Shown here in pieces: positions 1 to 9,500 of a DNA stretch of 64,000 nt. Within the stretch, counting starts at the first letter, position 1, and each line of letters begins with the position of its first letter. The stretch comes from Clostridia bacterium (GTDB taxonomy: Bacteria > Bacillota > Clostridia > Oscillospirales > CAG-272). Both the position numbers and the translations under genes were made by a program. Under the pieces are notes generated by a model that was given only the letters and a program-made list of their open reading frames with translations, was not told the origin of the DNA and made no database searches. The stretch is taken from positions 559-64,558 of the forward strand of contig JAGAKG010000036.1 in NCBI GenBank assembly GCA_017625755.1. Direction: 5' to 3'.

Positions 1-575
1 TCGTCCTTGAAGAGAAGCTTTACAGGCTCAACGAGTCCTTCAAACTTGAGGTCCTCGGGAAGTCCACCCACATTGTGGTGAGACTTGACCGCCTTCTTGC
101 CCTCTGCCTGCTTGATGCTCTCGAGAATGTCGGGGTAGATAGTACCCTGACCGAGGAAAGCAACGCCGTCAAGCTTGCGTGCCTCGTCTGCGAATACATT
201 GATAAATTCCGCGCCTATTATCTTTCTCTTTTTCTCGGGGTCGGATACACCTGCGAGAAGATTGAGGAAGCGGTCTGTCGCGTCTACATATATAAGGTTT
301 GCATCAAGCTGATTTCTGAAAAGCTCAATTACATTCTCCGATTCGTTCTTACGCATAAGACCGTGATTTACATGAACGCAAATGAGCTGTTTGCCGATAG
401 CCTTGATAAGGAGCGCGGCAACGACAGAGGAGTCAACACCGCCTGAGAGGGCGAGCAACACCTTTTTGTCCTTGACCTGTTCTCTGATTTCTTTTATCTG
501 TTTGTCGATGAAAGCGTCAGCCAACGCTTTTGTGGTGATGCGTTCCATAGACTCGGGGCGTAAGTTGTTCTGCAT
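1..575 (-). CDS. guaA: GMP synthase ATP-pyrophosphatase (PP-loop) half; 3' end lies beyond the window start
   Basis: Own reverse translation from ATG 575-573 (AGGAGG at 590-585): [78 protein letters not shown]... It has the SGGVDSS PP-loop and is colinear with the C-terminal half of GuaA. It is absent from the ORF track because it has no stop in the window. Confidence 0.85.
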   Translation of the reverse strand, partial: MQNNLRPESMERITTKALADAFIDKQIKEIREQVKDKKVLLALSGGVDSSVVAALLIKAIGKQLICVHVNHGLMRKNESENVIELFRNQLDANLIYVDATDRFLNLLAGVSDPEKKRKIIGAEFINVFADEARKLDGVAFLGQGTIYPDILESIKQAEGKKAVKSHHNVGGLPEDLKFEGLVEPVKLLFKD

Positions 576-767
576 GATACAAATCCTCCTGAAAATCCGA
601 AATTTTAATATATATAATTTTATCACAATGATTTTAAATCGGCAAGATGTTTTTTAAAATTTTTTCGATTTTATCATATAATACAATTATTTGGCGAATA
701 CCGAGCTTTGATTAATTTATTTTATAAAAAATGTAGCGGATTTTGCGAGCGTAGACTCCCCATCGTT

Positions 768-834
768 GTCCTTCTTGAGCGTAGCGAAGAATCTCGGGGC
801 GGCTTTGCTCGAGAATGACAGCGCGGGAAATGGC
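768..834 (+). repeat. Copy of a dispersed GC-rich intergenic motif (GTCnTCnTnGAGCGnAGCGAAGnAT ... ATGACAGCGCG)
   Basis: GTCCTTCTTGAGCGTAGCGAAGAATC (768-793) and GAGAATGACAGCGCGGGAAATGGC (811-834) match the reverse complement of 29908-29952. They partly match 35485-35512. Confidence 0.5.
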
Positions 835-871
835 GTTGGTGTGTAAATAGGCAAATAAATTATTACATACC

Positions 872-950
872 TCGTAGGGCAGGGGCTTGCTCCCGCCGCT
901 TTGTATTGTTTCGTCTTTCGTTACGGCGGGAGCAAGCCCCCGCCCTACGG
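872..950. repeat. 27-bp imperfect inverted repeat (25/27) with a 25-nt spacer
   Basis: The left arm is TCGTAGGGCAGGGGCTTGCTCCCGCCG (872-898). The right arm is CGGCGGGAGCAAGCCCCCGCCCTACGG (924-950). The CCCTACGG end motif recurs at 41468 and, inverted, at 35518. Confidence 0.7.
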
Positions 951-994
951 TGAGATTTTAAAATATCGTCAAAGTTTTTGAAAGAGGGAGGGGT

Positions 995-1042
995 AAAGGG
1001 GAGGGGGAGAACTTTTCTCAAAAAGTTCTCCCCCTCCCCTTT
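995..1042. repeat. Perfect 22-bp stem / 4-nt loop GC-rich hairpin element just downstream of glyA
   Basis: AAAGGGGAGGGGGAGAACTTTT-ctca-AAAAGTTCTCCCCCTCCCCTTT. No U-tract follows on either strand. The core GGGGGA..ACTTTT/AAAAGT..TCCCCC is shared with 31953-31984. Confidence 0.75.
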
Positions 1043-1060
1043 GTGTATATCCTATACCAA

Positions 1061-2305
1061 TCAATAAAGCGGGTATTTTTTGCAGATATCTGCGACGGTT
1101 GCTCTGACTGCGTCTGCGCTGTTTTCAAAGTCAACGGCGGTCTGCTTGAAGAGCTTTGCGATTACTTTCATATCTTCAGTGCCGAGACCTCTTGAGGTTA
1201 CCGCAGGAGTACCAACGCGTACGCCCGATGTTACGAAGGGCTTCTCGGGGTCGTTGGGAATAGCGTTCTTGTTGACCGTGATGTGAACGGCGTCAAGTCT
1301 TGCCTCAAACTCCTTGCCCGTTATCTTCATAGGACGGAGGTCGACGAGCATAAGGTGGTTGTCTGTTCCGCCCGAAACGAGGTCAAAGCCCTCTGCGAGC
1401 AGAGCGTCTGCGAAAACTCTCGCGTTCTCGACTATATTGTGCTGATATACCTTGAACTCAGGTGTGAGCGCCTCACCGAAGCAAACCGCCTTAGCCGCGA
1501 TGGTGTGCATAAGGGGGCCGCCCTGAGTGCCCGGGAATATCGCCTTGTTGAACTTCTTTGCCAGCTCCTCGTCGTTGGTTAGTATCATACCGCCGCGAGG
1601 ACCTCTGAGCGTCTTGTGAGTCGTAGTTGTAACAACATCCGCATAGGGCATCGGCGAGGGATGCTCACCTGCGGCAACGAGTCCCGCGATGTGCGCCATA
1701 TCTACCATAAAGTAAGCGCCGACCGAATGAGCTACATCAGCCATTCTCTTGAAATCTATAACTCTGGGGTAAGCCGACGCGCCCGCAACGATAAGCTTCG
1801 GCTTGTGCTCCTTCGCGAGCTTTTCGAACTCGTCGTAATCTATCATTTCGGTTTCGGGGTTCAGCTCGTAAGGAACGAAATTATAGTACATACCCGAAAT
1901 ATTTACAGGGCTTCCGTGAGTGAGGTGTCCGCCGTGAGCGAGACTCATTCCCATAACCGTGTCACCAGGCTGGAGCAGAGCGAAATAAACCGCTGTATTT
2001 GCCTGCGCTCCGCTGTGGGGCTGAACATTTGCGTATCCCGCACCGAAAAGCTTCTTTGCTCTCTCTATGGCGATGTTCTCAACCACATCGACGCACTGAC
2101 ATCCGCCGTAATAACGCTTTGCGGGATAACCCTCGGCATACTTGTTTGTAAGTACCGAGCCCATAGCGCACATCACCGCCTCGGAAACTATATTTTCCGA
2201 AGCTATAAGCTCAAGACCGTCTCTCTGTCTTGTCAGCTCACTTTCTATTGCCGCTGCAACCTCAGGGTCTGTGAGCGCTACGGCACCAATCGTTTCTTTA
2301 ACCAT
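1061..2305 (-). CDS. glyA: Serine hydroxymethyltransferase
   Basis: [61 protein letters not shown]... The start was moved to ATG 2305 (GGAGGT SD 8 nt upstream). The track ORF extends to 2386. Confidence 0.95.
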   Translation of the reverse strand: MVKETIGAVALTDPEVAAAIESELTRQRDGLELIASENIVSEAVMCAMGSVLTNKYAEGYPAKRYYGGCQCVDVVENIAIERAKKLFGAGYANVQPHSGAQANTAVYFALLQPGDTVMGMSLAHGGHLTHGSPVNISGMYYNFVPYELNPETEMIDYDEFEKLAKEHKPKLIVAGASAYPRVIDFKRMADVAHSVGAYFMVDMAHIAGLVAAGEHPSPMPYADVVTTTTHKTLRGPRGGMILTNDEELAKKFNKAIFPGTQGGPLMHTIAAKAVCFGEALTPEFKVYQHNIVENARVFADALLAEGFDLVSGGTDNHLMLVDLRPMKITGKEFEARLDAVHITVNKNAIPNDPEKPFVTSGVRVGTPAVTSRGLGTEDMKVIAKLFKQTAVDFENSADAVRATVADICKKYPLY

Positions 2306-2439
2306 TTTTTTGAACCTCCGAATTAATTGATTAATGTGAAAAATTTTTCCAAATACTATTATAAACCAAATTTTTATAAAAAACAATAGGGAAATGAAAA
2401 ATATTTATTCGTTATTTTTTATAAATATTCGATAGCATA

Positions 2440-2469
2440 TTGACAAATCGTGGGTTTTAATGTTATAAT
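2440..2469 (+). promoter_or_regulatory. Sigma-A type promoter for mgsA/thrS (TTGACA-18-TGtTATAAT)
   Basis: TTGACA lies at 2440-2445 and TGTTATAAT at 2461-2469, read directly. Confidence 0.5.
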
Positions 2470-2530
2470 AACCTATATCTTAGTTTAATAGCTGAAAATT
2501 TTAATATTTATGAAACACGGAGGAAGACAG

Positions 2531-2956
2531 ATGGAAATTGCGATAATCGCGCACGATATGAAAAAAGAGTTAATGGCACAATTTTGTATTGCGTATTGCG
2601 GTATATTAAGCAAACATAACATCTGTGCTACGGCGGCGACCGCTAAATATATATCCGAGGCAACAGGACTTTCTATCAACAAGCTGATGTCGGGTGAGCA
2701 GGGCGGAGAGCAGCAGGTCGCGTCCAGAGTCGCTTATAACGAAATAGACCTTTTGCTCTGCTTCAGAGACACGCGTCCCGACGCTAAGTTCAACCCCGCG
2801 GAGCATGAGCTTCTCAGAATGTGCGATATATACAACATTCCCGTAGCGACCAATATTGCCACGGCAGAGGTTATTATCACCGCGCTTGACAGAGGCGACC
2901 TTGATTGGAGAGAGATCGTAAATCCTCACTCGGACTACAATAAGTCCAGAAAATAA
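2531..2956 (+). CDS. mgsA: Methylglyoxal synthase
   Basis: MEIAIIAHDMKKELMAQFC...ATAATAKYISEATGLSINKLMSGEQGGEQQVASRV...NIPVATNIATAE matches the MGS family pattern. The start is set at ATG 2531 after GGAGG. Confidence 0.85.
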   Translation: MEIAIIAHDMKKELMAQFCIAYCGILSKHNICATAATAKYISEATGLSINKLMSGEQGGEQQVASRVAYNEIDLLLCFRDTRPDAKFNPAEHELLRMCDIYNIPVATNIATAEVIITALDRGDLDWREIVNPHSDYNKSRK

Positions 2957-2974
2957 GAGAGAAAACATCAGAGA

Positions 2975-3155
2975 TATGTCGTTTTAAAAACGGTTTTACA
3001 GAGAGGAAGGGCGCTGAGAGCTTCCATTCACGCTTATAACGGTACCGCTTTGATTTGCTTCAATTTAATAGAATTAAGTTAAAGTTTCGGGTGGAACCGT
3101 GCGGAAAAGTTATCCACACCCCGAACAGCGAGGGCTGTTCGGGGTGTTTTTATAT
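2975..3155 (+). promoter_or_regulatory. T-box leader with terminator/antiterminator, upstream of thrS
   Basis: A T-box-like sequence TTCGGGTGGAACCGTGCGG lies at ~3085-3103. The terminator CACACCCCGAACAGC-gag-GGCTGTTCGGGGTG plus a T-run spans 3115-3152. GGGTGGA can alternatively pair with TCCACACC. Thr codons ACG and ACC occur at 3030-3047. Confidence 0.75.
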
Positions 3156-3184
3156 CAAAAATTTATTGAAAGGAAGATATACAA

Positions 3185-5128
3185 ATGAAAATTATTTTTA
3201 ACGGAAATTGTGTCGAGGCAAAGGACGGCGTAAGTGTTTACGACGCGGCTGCCGAGGCGGGTGTTATCGACCGTAGTGTTATCGCGGCTGAGGTGAACGG
3301 AGAGCTTTGCGCGCTCACGGCTGTTCCCGCCGCGGGAGCTGAGGTCAAGCTTCTCACCTTTGAGGACGAGGGCGGAAAGCATGTGTTCCGTCACACGGCG
3401 TCCCATATTCTCGCTCAGGCTGTCAAGCGCCTTTATCCCGAGGCTAAGCTGACCATAGGCCCTGCTATCGAGAACGGATTTTATTATGATATCGACAGCG
3501 AGATCTCCTTCACGCCCGAAATCCTTGCGAATATCGAGAGCGAGATGAAGAAGATAGTGAAGGAAAATCTCAGAATTGAAAGATTTGAGCTTCCCCGCGA
3601 GGAGGCGATAGCCTTTATGCAGGAGAAGAACGAGCCGTATAAGGTTCAGCTTATTGAGGAGCTTCCCGCCGACGCGGTTATCAGCTTCTACCGTCAGGGC
3701 GAGTTCACCGACCTCTGCGCGGGACCGCACCTCTTTGCTACGGGAGCTGTCAAGGCGCTCAAGCTAACACAGTGTACGGGAGCATATTGGAAGGGCGACC
3801 AGAACAACAAGATGCTCCAGAGAATATACGGTCTTGCTTTCCCCTCGAAGGATCAGCTCAAGGCTTATGTCGAGGCGGTAGAGGAGGCGAGAAAGCGCGA
3901 CCATAACAAGATAGGCAGGGAGCTTGAATACTTCACTACGGTCGACAGTATCGGTCAGGGACTTCCCATTCTTCTCCCCAAGGGCTCACGCGTTATTCAG
4001 ACTCTCCAGAGATGGGTCGAGGACGAGGAGCAGAAGCGCGGCTACCTGCTCACAAAGACTCCCCTTATGGCAAAGAGAGAGCTGTTCAAGATATCGGGAC
4101 ACTGGGATCATTACCTCGACGGTATGTTCGTTATGGGCGACCCCGACGATTACACCAAGGAGTGCTTTGCGCTCCGTCCTATGACCTGTCCCTTCCAGTA
4201 TCAGGTATTCCTCAACAAAAAGAGGTCATACCGTGACCTGCCTATGAGACTTGGCGAGACCTCGACGCTTTTCAGAAACGAGGATAGCGGAGAGATGCAC
4301 GGACTTATCCGTGTTCGTCAGTTCACTATATCCGAGGGACACCTCGTTCTCCGTCCCGACCAGCTCGCAGACGAGTTCCGCGGCTGTCTTGAGCTTGCAA
4401 AGTATTGCCTTGAGACTGTCGGACTCTGGGAGGATTGCTCATTCAGATTCTCGCAGTGGGATCCCAAGAGAATAGACAAGTACGAGGGTACGCCCGAGCA
4501 GTGGAACGAGGCTCAGGAGATCATGGGAGAGCTGCTTGACAAGTACCTTGGAAAAGAGAATTACACAATAGGTGTTGACGAGGCGGCGTTCTACGGACCT
4601 AAGCTCGATATTCAGTGCAAGAATGTATTCGGAAAAGAGGATACGATAGTTACCATTCAGATAGATATGCTTCTTGCGAAGAAGTTCGGAATGGAGTATA
4701 CCGACTCGAACGATAACCGCGTAACGCCTTATATCATTCACCGCACCTCTCTCGGCTGTTACGAGAGAACTCTCGCGCTTCTGCTTGAAAAGTACGCGGG
4801 CGCGCTTCCGATGTGGATGGCTCCCGAGCAGGTAAGATTCCTGCCTATCGGCGACGAGCAGGCAGAGTATGCTCACAAGCTTGCCGACGAATGCAGCGCG
4901 GCTGGAATGAGAGTTACTGTTGACGAGAGAAACGAGAAGATAGGATACAAGATCCGTGCGGCTCAGCTTGAGAAGATTCCCTATATGATAGTTATAGGAG
5001 AGAAGGAAATGACAGACGGAACGGTGTCTGTACGCTCGCGCAAGAAGGGCGATATGGGACTTATGTCGGCAGCAGATTTCGTTGCCTTTGCCGCACAGCA
5101 GATAAAGGACAAGGTATCGGATAACTGA
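3185..5128 (+). CDS. thrS: Threonine--tRNA ligase
   Basis: 647 aa with TGS, editing and class II core motifs, for example FRHTASHILAQAV, RPMTCPFQ, FRNEDSGEMHGLIRVRQF. Confidence 0.95.
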   Translation: MKIIFNGNCVEAKDGVSVYDAAAEAGVIDRSVIAAEVNGELCALTAVPAAGAEVKLLTFEDEGGKHVFRHTASHILAQAVKRLYPEAKLTIGPAIENGFYYDIDSEISFTPEILANIESEMKKIVKENLRIERFELPREEAIAFMQEKNEPYKVQLIEELPADAVISFYRQGEFTDLCAGPHLFATGAVKALKLTQCTGAYWKGDQNNKMLQRIYGLAFPSKDQLKAYVEAVEEARKRDHNKIGRELEYFTTVDSIGQGLPILLPKGSRVIQTLQRWVEDEEQKRGYLLTKTPLMAKRELFKISGHWDHYLDGMFVMGDPDDYTKECFALRPMTCPFQYQVFLNKKRSYRDLPMRLGETSTLFRNEDSGEMHGLIRVRQFTISEGHLVLRPDQLADEFRGCLELAKYCLETVGLWEDCSFRFSQWDPKRIDKYEGTPEQWNEAQEIMGELLDKYLGKENYTIGVDEAAFYGPKLDIQCKNVFGKEDTIVTIQIDMLLAKKFGMEYTDSNDNRVTPYIIHRTSLGCYERTLALLLEKYAGALPMWMAPEQVRFLPIGDEQAEYAHKLADECSAAGMRVTVDERNEKIGYKIRAAQLEKIPYMIVIGEKEMTDGTVSVRSRKKGDMGLMSAADFVAFAAQQIKDKVSDN

Positions 5129-5146
5129 TATTAAGATAATAAAAAT

Positions 5147-5186
5147 GGGCTGTAACGGTGTTTGCCGTTACAGCCCTGTTTTTTTA
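5147..5186. terminator. Bidirectional rho-independent terminator (thrS and the convergent 5191-6432 gene)
   Basis: GGGCTGTAACGG-tgtttg-CCGTTACAGCCC is flanked by an A-run and a T-run. Confidence 0.8.
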
Positions 5187-5190
5187 TATG

Positions 5191-6432
5191 TTACGGTTTC
5201 CAATACTCTGCGATAGTCTGCTTTGCAAGCTCAACATAGCGGCGTCCTCTTTCATAGTCGCCGAAGATAGTTCCAACCTCTCGCTGAGCGACCTCAAGCA
5301 TACAGCCGCTTGCCGCCTCTGCTATTGCCTTGAAGCACTTGCGTACAGCGTCCTCGTTCATGGGGCCGCGGTTGGTTACAAGCTCAGCTCGGGGCTTGCT
5401 GTAATAAACTACGCGAGAGCCGCGGAGATATTCTCCAACGAGATTTTCATTGTTGAAGGGAGAAACAGAGAGCTTACGGAGATTGTCCCATTTAGAGAGA
5501 TAATCCTGCCATATCGCGTCAACGCGCTCACAGCAGCCGTAGGAGAGCAGACCGAAGCGCTTTACAAGTCTGTCCTGATAAGGAAATACGAATTCTCCGA
5601 AGGTGTCGGGAGATACCGCCGTCGACTCCTGAGATTCAAGGAAGCCCCAAACCTGCTTTGTTGAGGTGATAGGACCTTCTGAGGGGAGCTCGTCGGTGAA
5701 GGCGAAGGATTCCTGCGCGACGGGAGAAATTCCGTTCGTGGGAAGAAGCAATCCGTTCTGCTCCAAATAGTCGTAATAACGCTCGTATACCGAGGTTGCC
5801 ATATCCATTATCTCGTGGAGCGCTTCGGGAGAGTCGTACATTGCCATATAATAGTTTTCCATATCAGCCAGCTTTACAAGCGGATTGGTAATAGCTCCTG
5901 TCAGCGAGGGCATAATGATACGGGAGGGAAGGATGTCGCCGAAAATACTGTCGGCAAATGCGCACCAGTTCTTTGTTTTTTCAAGATCGACCGAAAAGCT
6001 TCCGCCACGGAAGATGTCTATGTCAGCCTCAATATCATCGGTGACAGGCTCGATGTGGTATGCGTTGGAATTGTCGCCGACATATTTTATATTGGGACGG
6101 GTTCCGAAAGGAGATACGCTTACGATAAGCTTTACATCAAATGTGTCGGAAATGGGGGTATCGTCGTCAAACAGCTCTCTGCCTACCATAGATGAAAGCA
6201 GTTCGCTCTCAAGCTTGCGCGCGTCTTTTCCCTCGCAGCGAAGTCTCGGAGTAACTACCTCCCACGGAAAGTTTGAAAAGAGCAGACGAACGGTAGGAGT
6301 ATCGCGAACGCCTCTTGCCTGATTGTTCCAAGCCTCAAGTATTTCCTCGTTTCGCTTACAGTGCGCAAACGACGCCTTGCGAGTCGCCAGCTCACGCAGT
6401 ATCTCACGGTCTTTTAAAGAAACTGATTCCAT
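5191..6432 (-). CDS. Conserved hypothetical protein, 413 aa (possibly a URO-D-like TIM barrel; unassigned)
   Basis: A clean ORF with AAAGGA SD. It has no signal peptide or TM segment. The motifs LLSYGCCERVD and KLSVSPF recall uroporphyrinogen-decarboxylase-like proteins only loosely. Confidence 0.6.
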   Translation of the reverse strand: MESVSLKDREILRELATRKASFAHCKRNEEILEAWNNQARGVRDTPTVRLLFSNFPWEVVTPRLRCEGKDARKLESELLSSMVGRELFDDDTPISDTFDVKLIVSVSPFGTRPNIKYVGDNSNAYHIEPVTDDIEADIDIFRGGSFSVDLEKTKNWCAFADSIFGDILPSRIIMPSLTGAITNPLVKLADMENYYMAMYDSPEALHEIMDMATSVYERYYDYLEQNGLLLPTNGISPVAQESFAFTDELPSEGPITSTKQVWGFLESQESTAVSPDTFGEFVFPYQDRLVKRFGLLSYGCCERVDAIWQDYLSKWDNLRKLSVSPFNNENLVGEYLRGSRVVYYSKPRAELVTNRGPMNEDAVRKCFKAIAEAASGCMLEVAQREVGTIFGDYERGRRYVELAKQTIAEYWKP

Positions 6433-6536
6433 ATTATAATATCCTTTATTAAATCATGCTAGCTACTATTATAGCAGAAAATAAATTAAAGTCAATAGGG
6501 TTTTATTGTTTTTTGAATATTCAAAATGAAAGAAAA

Positions 6537-9500
6537 TCAAAGGGCTATATCCACCAAAGCCGCGGCTTGTGTGGAGTAAACCTCGACGGACGCACACGCT
6601 CTGTCGAAAAGGCGCTCGGCGGCGAGCTTGTAATACGAGAGCTGTTCGGAGTGGAGCGCTCTCATCTTTTTTGCGAGCGCGTTAGCGCTCTCAAGCTCGT
6701 CACGGCTAAGCCTGTCGGTCTTGTAGTCGTATATGCGAAGCTCGCCGTCCCCGTCTATGAGAATGAGGTCGATAACTCCCTGAACGGCGAGAAGCTCGTC
6801 GCGTGCCGCCTCGATAAAAGCGGTGTCCTTCGAGAACATAGCCGTTGGCAGATAGATGTTGAAGCGCTGTTCGCGTATGACACGGCGGGCGCTCTTGATT
6901 TTTGCGTAAAGCTCACTCTCAAAGAATCGCTCAAGCTCCTCTGTGAAAACCTCGTCAGCGGCGGTTGCGGGGAGAAATCCCTTTTCGATAAGCCTTGCAA
7001 GCTCCTCGGCGGCGCCTGTCTTTTCCGCGCGCTCAAAATCGCAGAACTGCAGAAAGAGATGCGTTGCCGTTCCTCGCTGTGTGGGCGAGGCTTTTTTGTC
7101 GCCTACACCCGAGAATACAGTCGGTATAGCAGTCGCGCTATGCTCCTCAAAAAGATTGAGCGCAGTATCGTTCTCGTCAAGAACATCGGGAGAAAGACGG
7201 GATACAGATATCTTTGAGGGGATACGGGAAAGCTCTCGGTAGGGATACTCATATGCGAGAGTCGCGCGAAGATGGTCGAGCAGAGTCTCGTCGGGCTTGA
7301 CTTCGGCAATCTCCTCCGAGGTATCTGCGGAGATGTTTTCCTCTGTCGGCACATCGAGATATCTCGTGATATCGGGGAATTCGATGTTGCAGATGTCGGA
7401 TATATCCTCGCCCGAGAGCGCGGTCAGTATCCATTCGAGATAGGATTTCGAGCGCATAGTTACATATCTGCTTGCGTAGGCGCGTTTTTCAGCGGCGGCG
7501 TCGAGAAGGCGTTCCTTCGTTTTTGAGCTGCTCGCTGTGACATAAAGTCTCTCACGCGCACGGGTGAGCGCAACATAAAGGACTCGCATTTCCTCCTCGG
7601 TCTGCGCTCTCATTATCCTCGACGCTATCGCCTCGCGCATAGGCGTGTTTATACGCGCAAAGCCCGTTGTGTCAGGGAGCTTCATAGCAACGCCCGCCGA
7701 ATACTCAAAGAGCATACTGTCACGGAAGTCACTTCTGTTGAACTCTCCCGCGACCCCGCAGAGAATACAAGCGGGATATTCAAGTCCCTTTGAGTGGTGA
7801 ATAGTCATAAGAGCGACCTTCTTTGATGATTCCTCGCCCGCGGGAGCGTCTATTTTCACGCCCTCGTCTATCATTTTGTTTATATATTCAATGAAATTGT
7901 AAAGTCCGCGGAATGAGCTTGACTCAAATTTTCTCGCGTACTCGTAAAGTACACGCAGATTGTTCGAGTCTGATATTCCCACAGCCGCAAATCTCGACGA
8001 GGCGTATATGCTCTTTATGAGCTTGTCGACGGGGAAAGAGCCAGCCATATCTCTCCATTCCTCGAGCGCGACAAGGAAATCCGAGCATTTAGCCGAAAGC
8101 TCACCCGAGCCCTGCTCGGCGCAGACTCTTACGCAATCGTATAGAGAATACGAGGGATCCTTGAGCTCTCGTATTTTTATCAGCTCGTCGAGCGTAAGCG
8201 AAAACAGAGGAGAGCGCAGAGTGCCCGCGAGCGGGATATCCTTGTGCGGATTGTCTATCACGCTCAGAAGCGCGAGTATGAGAAGCACATCGGGGTCCTC
8301 GAAATATTCCTCGTTCTCGCCGCCCGAATATTCGATTCCGTTTGCGTCAAACGCCCGTATGAGGTGCTTTTTCATAGAGCCCGAACGGTAAAGAACGGCG
8401 ATATCCTTCAGCTCGTAATTTCTGCCATTCGCCTTCTTCGAGCCAAGAAGCTCGCGTATCAGCCCGACGATATAATTCGCCTCGGCGTCTCTGTTGCTCT
8501 CGGCTTTGCCGACATAACCGTCGGGCGCGGTAAGCACCGAAAGTCTTACTCTTGGCGCGACATAATCCTCAGAGGGCGGCTCTTTGGAAAATACAAGGTC
8601 GTCCTCGTGAGAATATCCGATATTCTCAGCGCATATTCCAAAAAGGTGAGAGCAGACCTTATTCGTGAAATTTATGATGCTTTCGTCGCATCTGAAATTG
8701 TTCGACATATGAATAGCTTCGTTTGCCGAGTCTCGAGCTTCCTTACTTCCGTGGGTGGGGAAGCTTGATTTGTAGCCCGCGAAAACATGCGGCTCGGCGC
8801 CTCTGAAGCCGTATATGCTCTGCTTGATATCTCCGACCATAAAGCGGTTGGCTCCGTTCGATATCGCTCGGAATATCATATCCTGAACCCTGTCGACATC
8901 CTGATATTCGTCTATGTATATGTCGGTAAAGCGCTCGGAGAGCTGTTGCGCTATCTTCGTGCGCGAGCCGTCGGGAGCGACGAGAAGCTTCAGGGCGTAT
9001 TTGCGTATATCGTTAAAGTCGCATATACCGCGAGTGAGCTTTTCCTCAGAGAGTCTTTGGTCAAAATCCGAGAGAATATCATAGAGAAGCGCGGTATGGT
9101 CTGCTGTGTCCAGCATAGCCGCGGCTATATTTTCCGCCGTGAGCGAGAAGGACTTCTTGCCGAGGTCGCGTATCGCGGCGGTGATATCCTTTCTTTTTTC
9201 CTTGTAGGCGATCACTTCGTCCGTGGTAAGCTCCGCCTTGAGAGACTTGAGCTTTATGGGGGAGTAGGTGAGCAGATGCGCTCTTATCTGCGCGTAGCCC
9301 CCGTCGTCAAGTATGTCAAGAAGGTCTCGGCAGAAAGTGAGGTCATAAGAGAACGATGGGAGATAAGCCTTTCTCGCTTCCTCATCGGAATCTATGAGCG
9401 CGACCGCATCGGAGAGGACTGATATGAAATATTCGACCGATTCCCGAGTCTCTCCGATAAGTATTTTCCCAAAACTGCTTTGAGAGAAATCAAGCTCGGC

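Noticed and set aside
2306-2386. The track gives N-terminal extensions for glyA, addB (to 13541), the ABC ATPase (to 18364), GntR (to 18696), the DUF1273 gene (to 19326), putP (to 43200), ymdB (from 30017) and others.
   Set aside because: The extensions lack an SD and run into AT-rich promoter DNA. Internal ATGs with AGGAGG-like sites coincide with the conserved family N-termini.
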